A stretch of DNA of 64,000 nt, taken from NCBI GenBank assembly GCA_000002435.2, contig CM018790.1; one strand, given 5' to 3'. The notes beneath the pieces are model-generated. The model was not told where the DNA came from, searched no databases, and was given only the letters and a program-made list of their open reading frames with translations. This stretch comes from Giardia intestinalis. Taxonomy: Eukaryota. Positions within the stretch are counted from its first letter, which is position 1. Every line of letters starts with the position of its first letter. Positions 36,642 to 43,984 of the stretch are shown piece after piece. A program made the position numbers and the translations under genes.

Positions 36642-38189
36642 ATGGACGGCCAGGCCTTTGCCATGGACTACCAGCCCGTTGCGGACATCTACTCCACCGG
36701 CGTGCACGAGATTGCCTCTGCACGCTCGACCAGGGATCCTAGCTCGAACATCGCTCTCTTCACCTGCTCCTATGGCGGGTTTGACGAGTCGGACCGAGCT
36801 ACCCTCAGGAGGCGCACGGGCGAGTACTGCGAGTTCAACAACTCGTCGACCGCTGTCCAGCCGGATCTTCTTAGCCCTTATCTGGCGCGTCTGTCCCACT
36901 ACTTCAACGACGATGCGTCTGCCCTCCTGACCATGGGTCTTCCTTACGGAGTTAACACCCTCTACGACGTGATGATGGCGAAGGCTCAGTCATACAGCAA
37001 CTTCACCGAGGAGGAGGTCTGGCGCGTGGTTGCGGCCCTCTGTGATGCCGCGCGCTTCATGCACAGCGAGGAGAAACCCGACACAGAACTGGAGGAGTTT
37101 GCGCACCTTGGCATCCACCCTGCCAACATCTTCCTGTACGCTGACGGCGCCCGTATCAGGCTTGGGTACCCGTACATCTGCCCCACAATGAGTTTCAAGA
37201 ACCCAGGCAATTACAGGGCCTTCCAGCAGCTCGGCGAGGCGCACTTCATGGCGCCGGAGTTCATCGAGGCTGGCGCCAAGGGCTCGTGTCCTTGTGACAT
37301 ATTCTCTATCGGTATGGTTGGGTATGCCATGATGACAAACTCGACTGCCTGGAGCGCGAGCAATATCAACGATCTGCAGGGAGAGGTGTACACTCGCGGG
37401 GCCATCAGCCTGCCATACGACGGCCGATACAGCCAGGACCTCGTTGATCTCATCAACTCTATGCTTTCCTTCGACTCGTCTGCCCGCCCCAAGGCAGAGC
37501 AGCTCTGTGCAAGCGGAAAGATTGCGCAGTGCATCGCGGAGAACGGAGACGCTCCCACGATGGCTCCTCCGAAGATGACCCGCGATATCGTCCAGCCACC
37601 CAGCGGGCTCACAGACCTCATGATCGCTGCCAGAGACGGCGACCTCAGTGGCGTCAGGAACAACCTCCACCAGGCAGGGTCCACAGACCAGTGCGGCCGC
37701 ACCGCTCTCATGTACGCGGCAGAGCACGGGTACGCCGATTGTGTCCGCGCGATCGTCTCTGACGCAATGGGCCACGGCGAGGTTCGCCTCCAGGACAAGT
37801 ACATGTGGACTGCAACCATGTATGCTGCCCAGAACGGACACGCCGATTGCGTCTCGCTTCTCCACGAGGAGTTCGGGATGCAGCGTCGCGACGGTGCCAC
37901 GGCGCTCTTCACTGCCGTCTTCTGGAACCGTTGCGAGTGCGTCAAGGTGCTCGCCCCGACTGAGGCCATCATCTCCACCAACGACAGGTACTGGCAGGGC
38001 GAGCGCTACACGGCTGCAATGGAGGCCGCAAGGTGGGGACGTCCCGAGTGTCTCCAGGAGCTTCTTGGGTACATCGACAAGTACACTACCGATAATAATG
38101 GGAACGATGTGGCGTACTATGCCATGCACCCATGGGAGCACGTGTCTGCAGATAAGAGCAGCAGAGTGCGTGAGGTCCTGAACCTGTAA
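36642..38189 (+). CDS. NEK-like pseudokinase with C-terminal ankyrin repeats
   Basis: The track start at 36561 is a GTG, so I use the first in-frame ATG, at 36642 ('MDGQAFAMDY'), preceded by 'gcaataaaATG'. The catalytic loop is 'AHLGIHPANIF' (HRDLKPANI with D->G and K->H). 'APEFIE' and 'DIFSIGMVGY' are retained. The C-terminal module is 'ALFTAVFWNRCECVKVLAPTEA...RYWQGERYTAAMEAARWGRPECLQELL'. An AGTAAAT motif lies after the stop. Confidence 0.8.
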   Translation: MDGQAFAMDYQPVADIYSTGVHEIASARSTRDPSSNIALFTCSYGGFDESDRATLRRRTGEYCEFNNSSTAVQPDLLSPYLARLSHYFNDDASALLTMGLPYGVNTLYDVMMAKAQSYSNFTEEEVWRVVAALCDAARFMHSEEKPDTELEEFAHLGIHPANIFLYADGARIRLGYPYICPTMSFKNPGNYRAFQQLGEAHFMAPEFIEAGAKGSCPCDIFSIGMVGYAMMTNSTAWSASNINDLQGEVYTRGAISLPYDGRYSQDLVDLINSMLSFDSSARPKAEQLCASGKIAQCIAENGDAPTMAPPKMTRDIVQPPSGLTDLMIAARDGDLSGVRNNLHQAGSTDQCGRTALMYAAEHGYADCVRAIVSDAMGHGEVRLQDKYMWTATMYAAQNGHADCVSLLHEEFGMQRRDGATALFTAVFWNRCECVKVLAPTEAIISTNDRYWQGERYTAAMEAARWGRPECLQELLGYIDKYTTDNNGNDVAYYAMHPWEHVSADKSSRVREVLNL

Positions 38190-38265
38190 CGTGTCGACTC
38201 GTTAGTAAATCAATCTAAGCTTTACTGCGCAGTTAAAAAAGGCGGACTTTTTTAAAAAGAAATTA

Positions 38266-40599
38266 ATGGCTGCGGTTCAACTCCCTGCCCCCTACGTCTG
38301 GACAGCAGATATATGTAGGACGACCCTTGGATGCATTTGTCAGGCAATGGACACGAGTAACAACACCGAGGTGACGGTCAAGGTTGTGAATTACTCACAA
38401 CTCTCCCAGGAGGAGGCGAACGCCCTGGCCCACGAGGCGCGCGCCCTTTTATACCTCAATCACGATCACGTTGTCAAGACATATAACACAATCATAGCTC
38501 CCGAGACTTACACAATATACATTATCATGGAGCCGTGTCTAGGAACTTTGGGGACGGCAATACAGGTCATGAGCGCATACGGCCAGCAGATTCCCGAGGA
38601 GCACATCTGGTACATCGCTGCCGAGGTCGGGTCTGCTCTTAAGTATCTCCACGAGCCACATGAGAAGATGATGATTGACTGGTACTCTGCTGAAATCCCT
38701 ATAGGGCCTGTCGTTCATGGGTATCTCACGCCTTCCGACATCTTTATTTCTCGCGATGGAAAGTGCAAGGTTGGTGGAATAAGCCCGACGCAGTCGGCAT
38801 GGGAGATCCGCTCGGGCAACGCTGACCTGGGCAGACTTTTCCTCCAAGCCCCAGAGATCTTAGATATGCAGCCGAATATCACAGAGAAGGTCGATATCTG
38901 GTCGTTGGGGACGACTCTCTTCTTTATCGCTGCCTTTCAATCAGTTTGGATCTCCAGTGACTACGCTAGTATAGTCGCTGAGATAAAACACGGGAAGATC
39001 CAGCGCCTCCCCGATAGGTATTCCTGCGAGCTTGACGGCTTTATAGCTCGGTGTTTGCAGGTGGATCCGATGTACCGTCCATCCATTTTGGAGCTGCTTT
39101 TGGAGCCCCAGATCAACGACGTCATGCGTTCAGTGTGCGAGGGGTCTGTTCCGTCTATGCGCTATCTCCTTGGGCTATCTGAGGAGTCCGAGTCTCAGCC
39201 GCCCTCTATGCAGCCTGAGGAGCCAGCGGCACCTGCTGCGCCAATCCAAGAGCAGCCCGAAGAGCAACCTCAGAGAGACCCGATGCAGGTGGAGCGCATC
39301 TCTACACCCATGTCTGGGTCGCTCACCGCTGAGCCCAGGGCCCCTGAAAATCTTGAGCTGCCTCCTTTGCCGACAGACACTCCGACAGTTTCTACTCTTG
39401 AACCTTCCGAAATGGCTGTTTATGCACCTTCCGAGACTCGTACATTTGCCACTGAGCCGGCGACGTCTGACTTTGTAGATGCCGCTGAAAAGATTGTTAG
39501 CCTCATCGCTAAAGAGGCGTGTGCTCCCTCTGTTCCTGCGGAGGACATACGCGAGCCCGTCGACATGAATATCCTCCCAGCAAGCGTCACAGCGTCTATC
39601 CAGCCCGTTCCCGACCCCACTCCAGATGTTATAGCAGAGAAGATTGTCTCTGAAATCATTACTGCCGCCGATGATGATCTTTACAATAACACTGTGAGCG
39701 TTGTTGAAAGGCTGGAGGAGCCGGAGGACTCTGACGTGGGTGTAGTCTGTACAGCACTGCAGGATCCATCTCTCGTTGAGTCTGTGAAGAGACTTGAAGA
39801 GCCTGCTGTTGAGTACGATGTTCCTGTTGAGCCGGTCTACGCCACCGCTCCAAGCGCCTTTGCCAAGCCAGACACAGGCGTGGCCGAGGTCCTGAAGGAG
39901 GAGGAACCTGCCGTTGAAGCCAACACGTATGAGGCAGAGCCCGTTCTTGCTGCACCCATCCAGCCTGACGTGTATGCCAATAAGACCTTTGACTCCTCAG
40001 TTGTGCGCCCTGTAGAGGGTGTAACCCAGCTAATGCTTTGCGTTGAGAGAGGCGATCTTGAGGGTGCCAAGTATTATATCAATGAGGCAAGGTCCTCTGA
40101 CTCCTTCGGAAAGACTGCTCTGATGCGTGCCGCTGAACTTGGCAATTCGGAGCTAGTCGAGCTTCTTGTCGGATACGAGGCTTGCCTGCAGGACATTGAC
40201 GGATGGACTGCGCTCATGTTTGCCGTCCACAGCCGTAATACAGAGTGTGTTCGTCTCCTTGAGCCTCGTGAGCACGGGATGAGGCTCGCCAACGGACAAA
40301 CTGCACTGATGATGGCCTCCTTCTGGAACAATTCCGATGCCGTCTCCATACTAGCTTCGAGGGAATCGCGCGCGAGAACGACGGAGAGGTACTTTGAAGG
40401 CGAGGGATTCACAGCGCTCATGGAGGCTGCAAGGTGGGGACGCCACGATATTGTGAAGCTGCTTCTTCCGCACGAGGGCGACATGCGTGATTCCAGCGGG
40501 AAGACCGCACTTGATCACGCCCGCATTTCTGCCCATTCAGTTAGTCAGGTTGACAGAGACGAGTGCATTGCCATTCTCAGTGGTTCATCCGCCTGTTGA
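38266..40599 (+). CDS. NEK-like pseudokinase with acidic/Pro-rich linker and C-terminal ankyrin repeats
   Basis: ATG at 38266 is preceded by 'cttttttaaaaagaaattaATG'. The kinase-like N-terminus has 'VVHGYLTPSDIFIS' replacing HRDLKPxNI (D->Y, K->T). 'APEIL' and 'DIWSLGTTLF' are retained. The C-terminal module is 'TALMRAAELGNSELVELL...RYFEGEGFTALMEAARWGRHDIVKLL'. An AGTGAAT motif lies 3 nt after the stop. Confidence 0.8.
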   Translation: MAAVQLPAPYVWTADICRTTLGCICQAMDTSNNTEVTVKVVNYSQLSQEEANALAHEARALLYLNHDHVVKTYNTIIAPETYTIYIIMEPCLGTLGTAIQVMSAYGQQIPEEHIWYIAAEVGSALKYLHEPHEKMMIDWYSAEIPIGPVVHGYLTPSDIFISRDGKCKVGGISPTQSAWEIRSGNADLGRLFLQAPEILDMQPNITEKVDIWSLGTTLFFIAAFQSVWISSDYASIVAEIKHGKIQRLPDRYSCELDGFIARCLQVDPMYRPSILELLLEPQINDVMRSVCEGSVPSMRYLLGLSEESESQPPSMQPEEPAAPAAPIQEQPEEQPQRDPMQVERISTPMSGSLTAEPRAPENLELPPLPTDTPTVSTLEPSEMAVYAPSETRTFATEPATSDFVDAAEKIVSLIAKEACAPSVPAEDIREPVDMNILPASVTASIQPVPDPTPDVIAEKIVSEIITAADDDLYNNTVSVVERLEEPEDSDVGVVCTALQDPSLVESVKRLEEPAVEYDVPVEPVYATAPSAFAKPDTGVAEVLKEEEPAVEANTYEAEPVLAAPIQPDVYANKTFDSSVVRPVEGVTQLMLCVERGDLEGAKYYINEARSSDSFGKTALMRAAELGNSELVELLVGYEACLQDIDGWTALMFAVHSRNTECVRLLEPREHGMRLANGQTALMMASFWNNSDAVSILASRESRARTTERYFEGEGFTALMEAARWGRHDIVKLLLPHEGDMRDSSGKTALDHARISAHSVSQVDRDECIAILSGSSAC

Positions 40600-40644
40600 T
40601 TAGTGAATTTGCGCTGAACTGTACTTGAACTAAACCTTTTAAAA

Positions 40645-43335
40645 ATGGCGGCAGGGTTGAACGGCGAGGAGCGCGGCGACACCGCTCTGATTAGAGCAGC
40701 AAAGGCTAACAATCTCAGAGCAGTCATGGCCACCTTTCCAGAGGATGCGTGTAAAACTGACCACACAGGCCGCACGGCCCTCAGCTGGGCTACCGAGCGG
40801 GGATATGTTAATATTGTCCGGTACTTGATACACAAGGAGGCGAGGATTGTTGACAGGAAGGGTGTCACTGCGCTAATGATCGCCGTAAAGCGCCAGAACA
40901 TCTCCTGCGTCATGTCTCTTTACGCATACGAGTCCGGGTTCCAGGATAACCACGGCTGGTCTGCGCTTCACTGGGCAGTTTTCTATGGCTGCGCAAACAT
41001 TGTCCAGTACTTGGCTCCGTTGGAGGCTGGGCTCATCACTAACAATGGAACCACCGCCTTGATGTGCGCTGCCCAAAAGGGGTATGCAAACATCATCCCC
41101 TATCTTCTAGCCGCTGGAAGGGAGCTTAGAATGGTTGATAATTTGAAGAAGAGCGCACTCATCTATGCAGTAGAAGCAGGGCACGAGGATATAGTGCAGC
41201 TCTTAGCTGAGAAGGAGGCGGGAATAACTGACATGCTCGGACGATCGGCTCTCATGTATGCTGTGATAAATAAGAGGCCGGCGTGTGTCTCTATTCTTGC
41301 TCCGTATGAAGCGGGCATAGTTAGTAGTGAGGGGATGACTGCGCTTATGTATGCCGTGCAACAGCATGAGTGGCACATTGCGATGATTTTGGCCAAGCAA
41401 AAGGCAGAGCTAGGGAAGCAGGCTGCAAAGGAAGTTACTGCGCTTATGCTCCTGATGGACGCGAAGGATCCTCCGTCCGAAGTCGTGCTGGCACTTGGAG
41501 ACCGTCTGATCCCTTATGAAGCTAAGCTATCCGACTCTGCGGGCAATACAGCCCTTATGCGCGCAGCAATGCGGGGGGACATTAAGATGGTTGAAAGACT
41601 TGTCACCCACGAGGCGGGAATGCAGTCGTTGGCGGGGAAGACAGCTATGATGCTAGCCAGCCACGCTGGGCATGATGAGATTGTAAGATTACTTTCACCC
41701 ATAGAGAAGGGTCTCGTTGACGCCATGGGGCGGACTGCATTAATGTACGCCACAAGGGCAAACAATGATAACGTGATACGATACCTCATTCCGTTTGAAA
41801 GCAGAATGACTGATTTCTATGGCAAGACGGCGTTGATGTGCGCTGCAAAGAATAATTATATGCCGATTCTTAAGTTTCTTGCGTCAAAGGAGTGCAAGAT
41901 TAAAGATCACAAGGGCCGGACGGCTCTGATGCGGGCAGCCGCTAGCGGGCACATAGAGTCAGTAGCATTCTTGGCTCGGTATGAATCGCAACTTCAGTCG
42001 GAGAGTGGTTTAACTGCCTTGATGTTTGCTGCCGTCAATGGCCATTCAACCGTGGCGCGAGTTCTCGCCAAAACAGAGGCCGGGATGCGCGATTCTACAG
42101 GACGGACTGCCCTTCTCCTTTCGCTGGTTAACAATCATGAAAATGTCGCCCGTGCGCTTCTTGTATTCGAGCATCAACTTGCTGACGATCAAAAGCGGAC
42201 CGCCCTGATGTATTCTGCCCAAACAGCATTCGACTCGGTGACTCGGTCACTTATAGCCCTGGATAATCTGGCTAAAAGACAAGATGATGTAGGTCGCACG
42301 GCACTAATGTATGCTGTCACTTCTTCGCAGAGAAATGCTATCAGAGCGCTGCTTCCCAAGGAAAATTGCATGGTTGACAAGAACGGACGGACTGCACTCA
42401 TGTATGCCGCGCGTGCGTGCCTGTCTCCGGGGGTCCCGGGGCTCATCGAGAGTGAAGCAGGAATACACGATAACGACGGTCTAACGGCCCTCATGTATTG
42501 CTGTCTCAGCAAAAACTACTCGCTAGCGGATCTTTTGTTATCAACGGAGGTCTGCATGCGTGACAAGCGGGGACAGACAGCGCTCATGTATGCTGCCAAG
42601 GAGGGTTGCAAGGAGCTCGTCAATAAGTTGCTTCCACACGAAGCGGACATGCGTGACCATAGCGGGAAGACCTCATTGATCTATGCTGTTGAAAACGGGC
42701 ACTCTCATCTGGTATCGTCCCTGGCGTCGGAGAACAGGCTTTCCGATAAGCATCTTCAAACGCCATATGACTACGCAATGCGTCTGCGCTGCACAAAGTC
42801 TGTACAGTCTCTTGTCAGCATCTTAACAGATACGTCCACTCTCGTGCTAAGTGCCAGTGTTTGTTTACAATTCATCCGAAACCTTTCTCCGATTGTTTCG
42901 TATATGCTCTGGAAGAGTAAGAACACTCTCTATGCGATTCACGCACACACCTTATTGGATACCCTGATGTCATTTTTGTTTGATGATCTAGACATTAGTC
43001 TTCTGCGTTCTGAGGAAGAACAACGATGTGGTGAGAGCCTCATGCATCTCTGCACCATCAACGATAGTTTCATGGCCTCGTCGTCTTCGTTCTGGCTCCG
43101 CGGAGAAGCTCGGCGTCGGTACATGCACCGGACGCGGACTATGGAGATCTCTGATGCTTCACATGACTCCGTCTGCGCAGTGTGCTTAGACAACCATCCC
43201 AATGTCGTCTTTCTGCCATGCAGACACATGGTTGTCTGCAGTGCTTGCTTGACGTCTATGGAGCGTCACTGTCCTTATTGTCGAAAATATGTCTGTCGTC
43301 ACTTCACTATAAACGAAGAAGACATACTCTGCTAG
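40645..43335 (+). CDS. Large ankyrin-repeat protein (more than 20 repeats) with C-terminal C3HC4 RING finger (MIB/IAP-type E3-like)
   Basis: ATG at 40645 is preceded by 'aaccttttaaaaATG'. It has a continuous run of 'GRTALMYAxxxxHxxxVxxL' repeats. The terminal RING is 'CAVCLDNHPNVVFLPCRHMVVCSACLTSMERHCPYCRKYV'. Confidence 0.8.
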   Translation: MAAGLNGEERGDTALIRAAKANNLRAVMATFPEDACKTDHTGRTALSWATERGYVNIVRYLIHKEARIVDRKGVTALMIAVKRQNISCVMSLYAYESGFQDNHGWSALHWAVFYGCANIVQYLAPLEAGLITNNGTTALMCAAQKGYANIIPYLLAAGRELRMVDNLKKSALIYAVEAGHEDIVQLLAEKEAGITDMLGRSALMYAVINKRPACVSILAPYEAGIVSSEGMTALMYAVQQHEWHIAMILAKQKAELGKQAAKEVTALMLLMDAKDPPSEVVLALGDRLIPYEAKLSDSAGNTALMRAAMRGDIKMVERLVTHEAGMQSLAGKTAMMLASHAGHDEIVRLLSPIEKGLVDAMGRTALMYATRANNDNVIRYLIPFESRMTDFYGKTALMCAAKNNYMPILKFLASKECKIKDHKGRTALMRAAASGHIESVAFLARYESQLQSESGLTALMFAAVNGHSTVARVLAKTEAGMRDSTGRTALLLSLVNNHENVARALLVFEHQLADDQKRTALMYSAQTAFDSVTRSLIALDNLAKRQDDVGRTALMYAVTSSQRNAIRALLPKENCMVDKNGRTALMYAARACLSPGVPGLIESEAGIHDNDGLTALMYCCLSKNYSLADLLLSTEVCMRDKRGQTALMYAAKEGCKELVNKLLPHEADMRDHSGKTSLIYAVENGHSHLVSSLASENRLSDKHLQTPYDYAMRLRCTKSVQSLVSILTDTSTLVLSASVCLQFIRNLSPIVSYMLWKSKNTLYAIHAHTLLDTLMSFLFDDLDISLLRSEEEQRCGESLMHLCTINDSFMASSSSFWLRGEARRRYMHRTRTMEISDASHDSVCAVCLDNHPNVVFLPCRHMVVCSACLTSMERHCPYCRKYVCRHFTINEEDILC

Positions 43336-43984
43336 TGGGTATCCTATTATTCGATTTTGTTCTTCGGACAGGCATGCTATGATGTCGCAAATATTGGGTC
43401 CCCAACGGTAATGAACGGTCTTCTCTGCTGGTCAATCCTGCTGGTCAATCAATTCTATAAATGTTGAGTGACAGATTGACACAAGCTATAATTTGTTTTA
43501 GTTTGTTGAATACACACAAACACTTATAAAGAGTAAATCGCTCTTAGGCTTTTTCCTTCTCTTTGCTACACCCCTGATGCAGCAACGGAGTCTATCGAAT
43601 ATGTTAGTTAATTTTTATAACTTAGTTGATTGAGTAACCTAAGCCGTCACTGTCCGGACTTCTTCTGTGCACAAGTAAATAAGGTGTGCAGACTCACTAT
43701 TTCAGGAGACACATGCAGATGACTAGTTTCTCGAAAGGCCCTGCAATAAGCCATAAAATCAAAGCGTTTCATTACTCTAAGAGCAATCTGCCCTCTCTCG
43801 GACATATCTACAGGGACAGGTACTGTCACTTATGTCACTATACTAGTAAGCAGGTGGCACCCGGAACCAGGAAGCACCGGTAGGCAAGCAAGTAAAGAGA
43901 TGATCTTCTTTTCTTCCGAAGCAAAAAGACATTGGGGCAAATAATTGTTATCGGTTGTTCTAGTCACATTCTGAGTCCTGCTCG

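Noticed and set aside
34405-38141. Long antisense ORFs inside the NEK-ankyrin genes (410 aa at 34405..35637 -, 383 aa at 36990..38141 -, 256 aa at 37211..37981 -)
   Set aside because: They lie opposite well-supported kinase/ankyrin genes and are Arg/Gly/His/Val-rich with a non-protein-like composition. Most have no ATG/AT-rich initiator context. They are artefacts of GC-rich third positions on the sense strand.
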